The notes beneath the pieces are model-generated. The model ran no database searches. It had not been told where the DNA came from and saw only the letters and a list, made by a program, of their open reading frames with translations. This document shows positions 33,243 to 42,087 of a stretch of DNA of 64,000 nucleotides, one piece after another (the stretch's first letter is position 1; every line of letters begins with the position of its first letter). The DNA lies in assembly GCA_964291265.2 (NCBI GenBank), contig OZ219746.1, forward strand, positions 32,001-96,000, in the 5' to 3' direction. This DNA comes from Alphaproteobacteria bacterium. GTDB taxonomy: Bacteria; Pseudomonadota; Alphaproteobacteria; SP197. The translations under genes were made by a program, and so were the position numbers.

Positions 33243-34244
33243 TCAACCGGCACAGGTCTCCCGGCGTCCCACTCGGTCAGCCATGAGACAGAGCATTTCC
33301 CACATCATCTGCGCACCGTTGAGCGACGTGATGGAGGCGCTGTCAAAGGGAGGCGACACCTCGACGACATCCGCGCCGATGATATCGATGCCCATGAGTC
33401 CGCGCAGCACCTGCTGGGCCTCCCATGTCGTGTAGCCGCCGACTTCAGGCGTGCCTGTCCCCGGTGCGTAGACAGGGTCGAGCCCGTCGACATCGAAACT
33501 GACATAGACCGGACCATCGCCGACGACCTCGCGCGCCCGGGCGATGACGGCCTCGATGCCCATGGCATAGAACTCCTCGATATGAATGACGGTCATGCCG
33601 CTCTCGTAGCTGAAGTCCCAAAGGACTTCCGCCGGCCCGCGGATGCCGATCTGGATGGTGCGTTTCGGGTCGAGGGCCCCGTCCTCCACGGCCACCCTGA
33701 AGGGACCGCCGTGGTGGTGCTTGTGGCCGAACAGTTCGGGGCCGGTGTCGCAATGGGCGTCGAAGTGGATGAGCCCCATCGGTTCACCCAGCGAGTTCTT
33801 CAGTGCCCGCATGATCGGCAGGGTGATGGAGTGATCTCCTCCCGCGGTCAGCGGCATCACGTCGGCCGCTGCCACGCGATCGTAGAACGACTCGATGTCG
33901 CCCATGGCGCGTTCGAGTGCGTAGACCCCCTCGATCATGACATCGCCGATATCGGCGACCCGGGCCGTGTCGAAGGGACGCACGCCGGTCTTGTGGTTGA
34001 TGCGACCCATGAGGGTGGACTGCTCACGCAGGGCCCGGGGACCGTGGCGGGCTCCGGGACGGTTCGTCACGGCCCCGTCGAAGGGGACGCCTGCGATTCC
34101 GATGTCGATGTCGCCCCAGGATTCGGGATTCTCGCGCAACTCCTGGCGCATGAACGTCGCCACGCCTGCATAGCGGTGGCGGAACACCGCTCCCCAGGCA
34201 AGCTTGCGCGCCTCGGGTACTCCATTGTCCGTGGTGTCACTCAT
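33243..34244 (-). CDS. speB: Agmatinase/ureohydrolase family protein
   Basis: GGDHS, DAHCD, SFDVDGLDP..APGTGTP. Confidence 0.85.
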   Translation of the reverse strand: MSDTTDNGVPEARKLAWGAVFRHRYAGVATFMRQELRENPESWGDIDIGIAGVPFDGAVTNRPGARHGPRALREQSTLMGRINHKTGVRPFDTARVADIGDVMIEGVYALERAMGDIESFYDRVAAADVMPLTAGGDHSITLPIMRALKNSLGEPMGLIHFDAHCDTGPELFGHKHHHGGPFRVAVEDGALDPKRTIQIGIRGPAEVLWDFSYESGMTVIHIEEFYAMGIEAVIARAREVVGDGPVYVSFDVDGLDPVYAPGTGTPEVGGYTTWEAQQVLRGLMGIDIIGADVVEVSPPFDSASITSLNGAQMMWEMLCLMADRVGRRETCAG

Positions 34245-34317
34245 GACTGTCTTCCCGTTTCACGGTTTCCGTCATACTATCGGCGGGAATCGGGCCTGTC
34301 GCCATCGATCAATCGCC

Positions 34318-34791
34318 GTGGTGATCCTCATTCCGCACGACACTGCCATACCCCGACTGGGACGGCGCCTGCCCGGAGTCGTCTACCAGGAGCGGGCGAG
34401 CGTCTACGGGTTGGCATCGGACCGCGAAGGACGAATCCTTGCCTGCCGTCGGGGCGGAAACCGGGTGGTGCTTCCCGGGGGCGGCCTTGAGGAAGCCGAG
34501 AGCGAAGGGGAGGCACTCCGGCGGGAAGTCGCGGAAGAGACGGGTTACCGCGTTCTCGCTGCCCGTTCGCTGTGCCGGGCCTGGCAGTATCACAACAACC
34601 GCCATGCCAAGCCGCCGGCCAGGAAGCACTGCCACTTCTTCATCATGGACATTGCCTGCATAAGGTCGTCCCCGGTGGAAGCCGATCATGTCCCGGTCTG
34701 GCTCGATCCCGAAGAACTGTCCGCGACGCTGACCTTCGAGAGTCATCGCTGGGCCGTCACGGTGCTCCGCAGCCTGCCCCCCGTCCTGTAA
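34318..34791 (+). CDS. NUDIX hydrolase (start uncertain)
   Basis: Nudix box GGGLEEAESEGEALRREVAEETG; its TAA lies inside an IS66-type end. Confidence 0.85.
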   Translation: MVILIPHDTAIPRLGRRLPGVVYQERASVYGLASDREGRILACRRGGNRVVLPGGGLEEAESEGEALRREVAEETGYRVLAARSLCRAWQYHNNRHAKPPARKHCHFFIMDIACIRSSPVEADHVPVWLDPEELSATLTFESHRWAVTVLRSLPPVL

Positions 34792-34810
34792 GCGTTCGGT
34801 CATGCAGTGA
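34788..34810 (+). mobile_element. Isolated IS66-type end at the border of the accessory region
   Basis: GTAAGCGTTCGGTCATGCAGTGA matches the ends at 6865 and 6999. Confidence 0.65.
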
Positions 34811-35409
34811 TGGCTGGTGCGGCTCCGGTCTCTCTCAACGATCTGCCGACAGACAAGAGGCTGATCAAACGGTCCGCCGCACCTGCGGTGCCAATCAACT
34901 GATACAACATGCCCGATTCCTCTCGTTTCGGCTTGTCGTCTCCCCGATGTCACAGAACACCGAAGGAACCATGGCGACAACGCACCTCATCCAGCACCGG
35001 GTCGACGCGCTCAAGCGGGGGAAGGTCATCTCTGGATGGGGTGCGATACCGAACTGAAGGGCCTTGGCATCCGCATCATGCCCTCGGGCACGAGGCGCCG
35101 CTTCATTCACTCCCGGCACGAGGGCTAAGAGGATCTGGAAGACCTTCGACGATGCCGGCGCCGTGCAGGAACGGCAACCTGGCGGGCCTGTTGGATCGAG
35201 AGGGACGCACTCTTCGAGGCCGGCGCACGGGAAGTCCACCACGAACAGCTCTGGAAGCCTCGTACCCTCGAGGTCAACCGGCACCATCTTCGCAGACAGA
35301 TCCTGCCCTTCTTCGCTGGCCGCATGATCAGCGCCATGCAAGGCAGAACGTCGCAGCATGGTTCCGTTCTCTCCATGCAACACCGGTGGCGGCAAACCGA
35401 TCTGCGCCG

Positions 35410-37774
35410 GTAACTGCTCACCCCCCGCTGATCATGGATCGTTTCCTGGCGGCGTTCGGGTCCGGGCATCTTCTCTTGTCACCATCACTCGCCGAGCGTC
35501 GGGTGCCGGTTGGCAGGAACCGGTCCGGTCTTCGGCCCTTTCCGGCCCGTGGCGACAGGGCCGAACGGCTCACGGCTCAAGATGCCTTCCGGCCTCCGGC
35601 ACCGTTCCGCGGCATGGGCGTCCAGCTGAACGGCCCCGGAGTCATGTTCTCCCCGGTCGTATCCGGCCCTTGCTCATGGACAGGCAGGCGGATAGTTTGT
35701 CCGTGCGTTCGTCGCGGCCGTTCCGGGACATTCGGGGCCACGACAGGGAAGGTTCTCCGCACCCCACCCGGCCGCGGTTTCCGGCGCCGCGAAGGGAGAG
35801 ATCAATGACCCGCCGCCGTCTTCCGATCGGGATCCAGGGCTTTCCGACGATCCGGAACGAGGACTTCTACTATGTCGACAAGACATCGCTGGTCCGGCGG
35901 CTGGTGGACGAGGGGCGCCATTACTTCCTGTCCCGTCCGCGCCGCTTCGGCAAGAGCCTGCTGCTCGACACCCTGCGATCGCTGTTTGCCTGCCGCGAAC
36001 CCCTGTTCAGGGGACTGGCCATCCACCCCCACTGGGACTGGTCAACGCCCCATCCGGTGGTGCGGCTGAGCTTCGGCGGGAAATACAACGAACCCGGCGA
36101 GATCGAAGAGGACATCATCGTGCAACTGGACGGCGTGGAGCGCGAGCACGGTCTCCCGCCTGCCCGGATCTCCTATACCGGCCCGAGACGTCTGCGGGAC
36201 CTTCTCGACCGCCTGCACGACGCCACTGGCCGACAGGTCGTGGTGCTGGTGGACGAGTACGACAAGCCGATCCTCGACGCGCTCCACGATCCGGAGCTTG
36301 CGACGACCAACCGGGACTACCTGCGCGGCTTCTACGGCATCGTCAAGGACAGCGACGAGCATGTCCGCTTCGTCTTCGTCACCGGTGTCAGCATGTTCTC
36401 GAAGGTCAGCCTGTTCTCGGGACTCAACAATCTGAAGGACATCAGCCTCGATCCGCGCTTTGGCACGATCTGCGGCTACCGCGAGGAGGACCTGGACCGT
36501 GTGTTCGGCCCCGAAATGGCCGGGCTGGACCGCGAGGAGATCCGCACCTGGTACAACGGTTACCACTGGCGAGGCGGGGAGCGGGTCTACAATCCCTATG
36601 ACGTGCTCCTGCTGCTCGACAGTCGCGAGTTCCGCCCCTACTGGTTCGAGACGGGATCTGCGAATTTCCTGTTCCGGATGCTGATGGAGAAGTCGGTGAG
36701 TCCGATGGAACTGGAGGGGCGGCTGGCGGACACGTCGCTGGTCTCGAAGTTCGATGTCGGCGACATCGACATCGAGGCGCTGCTCTTCCAGACCGGCTAC
36801 CTGACCATCGCCGGGGAGGAAAGGCAGGACCACAGGACCCTCTACCGTCTGGACTATCCCAACCTCGAGGTCCGGATCAGCCTCAATGACGGACTGCTTG
36901 CCTGGCTGGGCAAGAAGGGGGGCGAGCCACTGGAGCGGGGCCGCGAGTTCTGCGCACTGCTGGAGGCGAACGACTTCGCGAGCTTCGGCGAGAAGCTCCG
37001 CGCCTGGCTCGCGGGCATACCCTATCAGTGGCATGCCAGGGGCGACCTGGCGCGCTACGAGGCCTGGTATGCGAGCCTTCTCTACATGTGCCTGCGTGCG
37101 GCCGGGGTGGGCTTGAGCGTGGAGGAGGCCTCGCATCGCGGCCGTGCGGACATGGTGGTGCGTCTCGGCGGGCAGATCTTCGTGCTGGAGTTCAAGATGG
37201 CCGACGGCGAGGAGGACGGCGCCGCCGCGCTGGATGCGGCCATGACGCAGATGCGCCAGCGAGGCTATGCGGAGACCTACCGCGACCACGACGGCTCGGT
37301 TCACCTGATCGGCGTGGCCTGCGGGCGCGAGGCGCGCAACCTCCTCGATATCCGCGCCGAGACCGCATGAACTCAGAGCCATGCAGGAATCCGGATGCGT
37401 CGACGGAACTCGACCGCGCCGACCGATCAAGAAGCCGGTGCTCCGTTGAGACCCCCGTTCGTCCAACGAATTGCCGACGCCGGTGATCCGTGCGGCGACC
37501 GTCCGGACCCTTTCAAGGAGACACGACGGACGATTCCCGGCTCGAACGCATGAGCAGCCGACGGAACCGGCACCGTCGGCTGAGGGTTTCGGGACCGCGC
37601 TGCAGACCATCACGCCACGGGACAACAAGGGGCCTGAAGACCGGACCGGTTCTTGCCAACCGGGGCCCGCACATCCGGTTCCCGGCAACGGACCCGTGAA
37701 GGTGACGAAAGAAGGTGCCTGACCCGAACGTCCTCGAGAAAAGGCGATCAAGGATCACCCGGGTGAGCAGTTAC
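35410..37774. mobile_element. Non-autonomous transposon with IS66-type ends carrying an AAA-ATPase/nuclease gene
   Basis: Perfect 14-bp TIR GTAACTGCTCACCC/GGGTGAGCAGTTAC; 8-bp target duplication CTGCGCCG (35402-35409, 37775-37782); about 200-bp degenerate inverted arms. Confidence 0.85.
35805..37370 (+). CDS. AAA-ATPase-like + PD-(D/E)XK nuclease protein, copy 1
   Basis: LPIGIQ.F, YYVDKT, SRPRRFGKSL, LVDEYDKP, GRADM...VLEFK. Confidence 0.92.
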   Translation: MTRRRLPIGIQGFPTIRNEDFYYVDKTSLVRRLVDEGRHYFLSRPRRFGKSLLLDTLRSLFACREPLFRGLAIHPHWDWSTPHPVVRLSFGGKYNEPGEIEEDIIVQLDGVEREHGLPPARISYTGPRRLRDLLDRLHDATGRQVVVLVDEYDKPILDALHDPELATTNRDYLRGFYGIVKDSDEHVRFVFVTGVSMFSKVSLFSGLNNLKDISLDPRFGTICGYREEDLDRVFGPEMAGLDREEIRTWYNGYHWRGGERVYNPYDVLLLLDSREFRPYWFETGSANFLFRMLMEKSVSPMELEGRLADTSLVSKFDVGDIDIEALLFQTGYLTIAGEERQDHRTLYRLDYPNLEVRISLNDGLLAWLGKKGGEPLERGREFCALLEANDFASFGEKLRAWLAGIPYQWHARGDLARYEAWYASLLYMCLRAAGVGLSVEEASHRGRADMVVRLGGQIFVLEFKMADGEEDGAAALDAAMTQMRQRGYAETYRDHDGSVHLIGVACGREARNLLDIRAETA

Positions 37775-38079
37775 CTGCGCCGGTCCTTTTCCTCACCATG
37801 CAGAAGGCCGAAGAACAGCAGCCACTGCTTCGGCTCGCTGCCGCTACCGCGAGACCAGGCGCGAACGGTTCCTCCTGCCGGAGGAGTTCCGCAGTCTTGC
37901 AGCGGTCCTGGCACGCCACCAGGCAAGGCGTCCCCTGCACACGGTCCTCTCTCGTTCATGATCGAGGCCATGGGTGCTTTCGACGAGCCGCGCGGAGCGA
38001 CGCAGCAGCTGACGGGAGGTGGCGACCGGCCTGTGTCTGGCGCCAGCGGCCTTGTCATGCGAGGCGACTGACTGGCGGT

Positions 38080-38265
38080 CGCTCCATGAGGCCCAAGCGG
38101 GTCCGTGCGGATGCGGCCGAAGCGCGTATGCGGGAGCTGCGCTGTGCGGAGATGGACGCCCGTACGGGCCCATTCAAGGTCCATCTCGACCGCACCCGCG
38201 GCCATCTCGAGGCGGCTCGTGCGGAGGTGAGGGCGGTTCGCCGGGAGGCGAAGTTTCCCTCACCG
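38080..38265 (+). pseudogene. Possible IS66 transposase N-terminal coiled-coil remnant
   Basis: RADAAEARMRELRCAEMDAR...LEAARAEVRAVRREAK resembles coiled-coil leaders of some IS66 transposases (recognition only). Confidence 0.35.
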
Positions 38266-38302
38266 CAAGTCTCGCGGCCGCGGTCCGGTCCGATCTCCTC
38301 CG

Positions 38303-41300
38303 CTACCAGGTCAGGGTCGCACGGAACATCAGTTCATGCTCGGGACTGCCCTCAGCGTCCCGTTCTCGGCGCAGGGTTTCCAAGCCCAGCACCATCGATG
38401 ACCCGAGTTCCAGACGCACCCCGGCCCGGTAGTTTCTCCCGCGATCTTCCGACAGCACGAACCCGGCATAGGGGGTCAGGAGGCCCTGTCCGTTCAGGGC
38501 CGGAAGTCCGTAGCCGACTTCCGTCACCAGATGCGGCGCTGCCGCATGCCGGTTCCGAGAACCGTCGTTCGCCCCCGTCGGCGGCAACGCCGTCCATCGG
38601 GACGGTCCGCCACCGCCGTCGACCACGCCCAGTCCCGGTGCGAGGCTCAATGACAGACCGTGCCCGTTGCCACCGGCACCCTTCCGGATCAGGCCCCCGA
38701 AGCCCCATTCTTCGGTCTCGCCGCTGTGGCCGGCCAGCGTCCGCCCGCGAATCTCCAGTGTCAGATCAAGGGCCGTATCGAGATAGCCCAACGCACCTGC
38801 GATCTCCAGGCCGGTCCCTGTTCCGCCGTCGCCGCCGTCGCTGCGGAACGCCACTTGCAGAGACGGCGTCAGGACCGTGTTCTCCGTGATCGTGTGCACA
38901 TGTCCTGCTTCCAGCGAAACCCGCAACAACTCCACATCGGAACGAATCGAAGCGAGAGATCCCGAACCTTCGATCTCGGCCCGGGCCAGTGCGCCGTCGG
39001 CCCCCATGTCGACCGTGGTTCGGCCGCCCTTGATCAGGCTGTCGCTTGCATACAGCTCCCCCTGGATGCCGGCCGCCACGGAAGTCTGGGTCAGGTCCCC
39101 GGACTGCGTGCCTTCGTGATTGTCCCTTATCTCGACATCGCCGGTGCCGTATCCGGCCATGGCCCAGAGCTCGACGCCCGACGACAGCGTCACCCCTGCA
39201 TACGGGTGGACACCGACCTGGTCCGTCTCGTAGGTCCCGGAATGCGCCGTCGCGCCCGAGCCCTCCTCATAGTCGAAACTGCCTCTCGACAGCGACAGCG
39301 ACAAGCCCGCAATCGTGTTGCGGCGAATCCGCATGTCGGCCCCGAGGTGGCCGCTCGTCATCCTGCCGTCCCACGAGACGCCGTTGCTCGTGCCCGACAA
39401 CTCGCGCCAGTCGCCACTGCCCCAGAACACCGCGCCACCCGGCACGGCCGAAGCATCGCCTCCCTCCGCGTTGAGCGGAAGTGCGAACGAGGAACCTGCC
39501 AGCATGCGGGCGGCCTCGAATCCGTCGTTCGCGAATTGCGGTCCGTGCATGTCCATCGCCTGCAGCCATCGGCTTGCCATTCCGGCATCGGACGTCTCCA
39601 TCTCCGATGGACCGGCGAGACCGGCGCCGATCCGGGCGCGGACCGCGTCCACGGTGCTCGCCAGGGTCACCCGCGTGGATTCCGACAGAAGCGTCTTGGC
39701 GATCTTGGCGATCTTACCGTTCGCGCCGTCGGGCGGGTAGACGCCCGGGTCGCTGCGCCCGAGCAGCGCCTGACCCACCTTGTCCACGTGCGCCTTCTGC
39801 ATGTCGCCCAGGATCTTCGCCGCGCCCGACCCCGGATAGTGCGCACAGTACGCGCTCGACGGGTCCGCCGTGTCGCCGTCCCCCGCCGCGATCCGCATCT
39901 TGCGGCAGTCGAGCGACTCCCACCACGCCCCGACGCTCGTGAAGCCGCCATCCCCGTAGATCAGGGCCGCCGCCGCATCCACCAGGCGTTTCGTCTCCGC
40001 ATCCAGGTCGGCATACATCTTCTTCGCCGCCGTCTCCTGCGCCGGTGTCGTATCGTCACCGTGCAGCGCCGCCACCATCTGCTCCGCCGTCAGCACGTTC
40101 CACCAGCGCATCGCCATCGCGTTGTCGGACGGGTAGACGCCCGGGTCGCTTCGCCCGAGCAGCGCCTGGCCCACCTTGTCCACGTGCGCCTTCTGCATGT
40201 CGCCCAGGATCTTCGCCGCGCCCGACCCCGGATAGTGCGCACAGTACGCGCTCGACGGGTCCGCCGTGTCGCCGTCCCCCGCCGCGATCCGCATCTTGCG
40301 GCAGTCGAGCGACTCCCACCACGCCCCGACGCTCGTGAAGCCGCCATCCCCGTAGATCAGGGCCGCCGCCGCATTGACCAGGCGTTTCGTCTCCGCATCC
40401 AGGTCGGCATACATCTTCTTCGCCGCCGTCTCCTGCGTCGGTGTCGCATCGTCACCGTGCAGCGCCGCCACCATCTGCTCCGCCGTCAGCACGTTCCACC
40501 AGCGCATCGCCATCGCGTTGTCGGACGGGTAGACGCCCGGGTCGCTGCGCCCGAGCAGCGCCTGGCCCACCTTGTCCACGTGCGCCTTCTGCATGTCGCC
40601 CAGGATCTTCGCCGCGCCCGACCCCGGATAGTGCGCACAGTACGCGCTCGACGGGTCCGCCGTGTCGCCGTCCCCCGCCGCGATCCGCATCTTGCGGCAG
40701 TCGAGCGACTCCCACCACGCCCCGACGCTCGTGAAGCCGCCATCCCCGTAGATCAGGGTCGCCGCCGCATTGACTAGGCGTTTCGTCTCCGCATCCAGGT
40801 CGGCATACATCTTCTTCGCCGCCGTCTCCTGCGCCGGCGTCGCATCGTCACCGTGCAGCGCCGCCACCATCTGCTCCGCCGTCAGCACGTTCCACCAGCG
40901 CATCGCCATCGCGTTGTCGGACGGGTAGACGCCCGGGTCGCTTCGCCCGAGCAGCGCCTGGCCCACCTTGTCCACGTGCGCCTTCTGCATGTCGCCCAGG
41001 ATCTTCGCCGCGCCCGACCCCGGATAGTGCGCACAGTACGCGCTCGACGGGTCCGCCGTGTCGCCGTCCCCCGCCGCGATCCGCATCTTGCGGCAGTCGA
41101 GCGACTCCCACCACGCCCCGACGCTCGTGAAGCCGCCGTCCCCGTAGATCAGGGTCGCCGCCGCATTGACTAGGCGTTTCGTCTCCGCATCCAGGTCGGC
41201 ATACATCTTCTTCGCCGCCGTCTCCTGCGCCGGCGTCGCATCGTCACCGTGCAGCGCCGCCACCATCTGCTCCGCCGTCAGCACGTTCCACCAGCGCATC

Positions 41301-41482
41301 GCCTTCGGATCATCCAGCGTCTGCGCGTTCGCCGCGGCCGACCAGGTCAGGACCAGAGGAACCACGAGCCCGGCCAGCGCCGCACCGATGCCCGGGCGGA
41401 TCCCGGCGAGGCCGCTCCTCCGGGCGCACGACTCACGTCGGGGGTGATGGGTATCGGCTCGAGTTGAGGCAACGTTCGTCAT
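38303..41482 (-). CDS. Autotransporter with a passenger of four tandem 132-aa repeats
   Basis: Signal-like segment ending AANA-Q; C-terminal beta-barrel (FWGSGDW, GHLGAD, YGLPA...LTPYAG, terminal W). Confidence 0.88.
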   Translation of the reverse strand: MTNVASTRADTHHPRRESCARRSGLAGIRPGIGAALAGLVVPLVLTWSAAANAQTLDDPKAMRWWNVLTAEQMVAALHGDDATPAQETAAKKMYADLDAETKRLVNAAATLIYGDGGFTSVGAWWESLDCRKMRIAAGDGDTADPSSAYCAHYPGSGAAKILGDMQKAHVDKVGQALLGRSDPGVYPSDNAMAMRWWNVLTAEQMVAALHGDDATPAQETAAKKMYADLDAETKRLVNAAATLIYGDGGFTSVGAWWESLDCRKMRIAAGDGDTADPSSAYCAHYPGSGAAKILGDMQKAHVDKVGQALLGRSDPGVYPSDNAMAMRWWNVLTAEQMVAALHGDDATPTQETAAKKMYADLDAETKRLVNAAAALIYGDGGFTSVGAWWESLDCRKMRIAAGDGDTADPSSAYCAHYPGSGAAKILGDMQKAHVDKVGQALLGRSDPGVYPSDNAMAMRWWNVLTAEQMVAALHGDDTTPAQETAAKKMYADLDAETKRLVDAAAALIYGDGGFTSVGAWWESLDCRKMRIAAGDGDTADPSSAYCAHYPGSGAAKILGDMQKAHVDKVGQALLGRSDPGVYPPDGANGKIAKIAKTLLSESTRVTLASTVDAVRARIGAGLAGPSEMETSDAGMASRWLQAMDMHGPQFANDGFEAARMLAGSSFALPLNAEGGDASAVPGGAVFWGSGDWRELSGTSNGVSWDGRMTSGHLGADMRIRRNTIAGLSLSLSRGSFDYEEGSGATAHSGTYETDQVGVHPYAGVTLSSGVELWAMAGYGTGDVEIRDNHEGTQSGDLTQTSVAAGIQGELYASDSLIKGGRTTVDMGADGALARAEIEGSGSLASIRSDVELLRVSLEAGHVHTITENTVLTPSLQVAFRSDGGDGGTGTGLEIAGALGYLDTALDLTLEIRGRTLAGHSGETEEWGFGGLIRKGAGGNGHGLSLSLAPGLGVVDGGGGPSRWTALPPTGANDGSRNRHAAAPHLVTEVGYGLPALNGQGLLTPYAGFVLSEDRGRNYRAGVRLELGSSMVLGLETLRRERDAEGSPEHELMFRATLTW
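39734..41303 (-). repeat. Four near-identical 396-bp tandem repeats
   Basis: AMRWWNVLTAEQMVAALHGDD...LDCRKMRIAAGDG...YCAHYPGSG...GRSDPGVYP x4. Confidence 0.97.
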
Positions 41483-42010
41483 CCTGATGGTCCTCTGGAT
41501 TGCTCACTGCATGTCTGGGACGCCGCAATCCGGCACACCGGGCGGCGACGATCAGGAACCATGCGATCGTCGCAAAAGCGATGTCAACACTCCCCGCCCG
41601 CCGGAACCCGGGCTCCTTCCACGGCGTTGAGCGGCAATCCGGCGCAAGCGGTCGAGCCCGGTGCAGGCCGCCGATGCCGCAACCCATTCCGCCGCCGGGC
41701 CCACTGCTCGACCGGAACATCGCCGGGCTTGCCGCCCGGCCTGTCCCGCCCGGAACCCGTTCGCGGCAACCGGCATCGCCACAACACACGCGGTATTGTG
41801 CGCACCGCGCGGCGGCGGGAATTCGCGGCGACGCCGTCACCCGGCCGCGCCGAAACCGGGTCAGCGGAACTGCAGCGCTCCGCAAGCCCCGCATACTTCG
41901 CCGGTGCGCAGTCCGGCGCGGCGATTGACGTTCGGAGCCCTGAGATGTCCGCGACCGTTTCGACCAGGGCCTCGACCGCCGCGTGTCATGCCATGAGGCA
42001 CCCCTATGGG

Positions 42011-42081
42011 GCAAGCGTTCGCTCACGCGGTGATCGGGGCCATGCGTGGTTGTCGCCGTCCCCCTTCGAGCGAACGCTTGC
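42011..42081. repeat. 71-bp MITE-like palindrome related to the IS66-type ends; possible terminator for the RiPP export operon
   Basis: GCAAGCGTTCGCTC...GAGCGAACGCTTGC perfect 14-bp inverted repeat 6 bp past the transporter stop. Confidence 0.65.
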
Positions 42082-42087
42082 CTTCGC

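Noticed and set aside
32798-33253. ORF between the agmatinase and DUF3576 genes
   Set aside because: No recognisable motif and conflicting frames
38660-40777. Long antisense ORFs (also opposite katG, leuS, istA, the transporters and YcaOs)
   Set aside because: Shadow frames expected in high-GC coding DNA; the opposite strand has clear family motifs
39734-41303. Possible DGR template/variable repeats or CRISPR
   Set aside because: In-frame coding repeats with few, non-adenine-specific differences; no reverse transcriptase in the window
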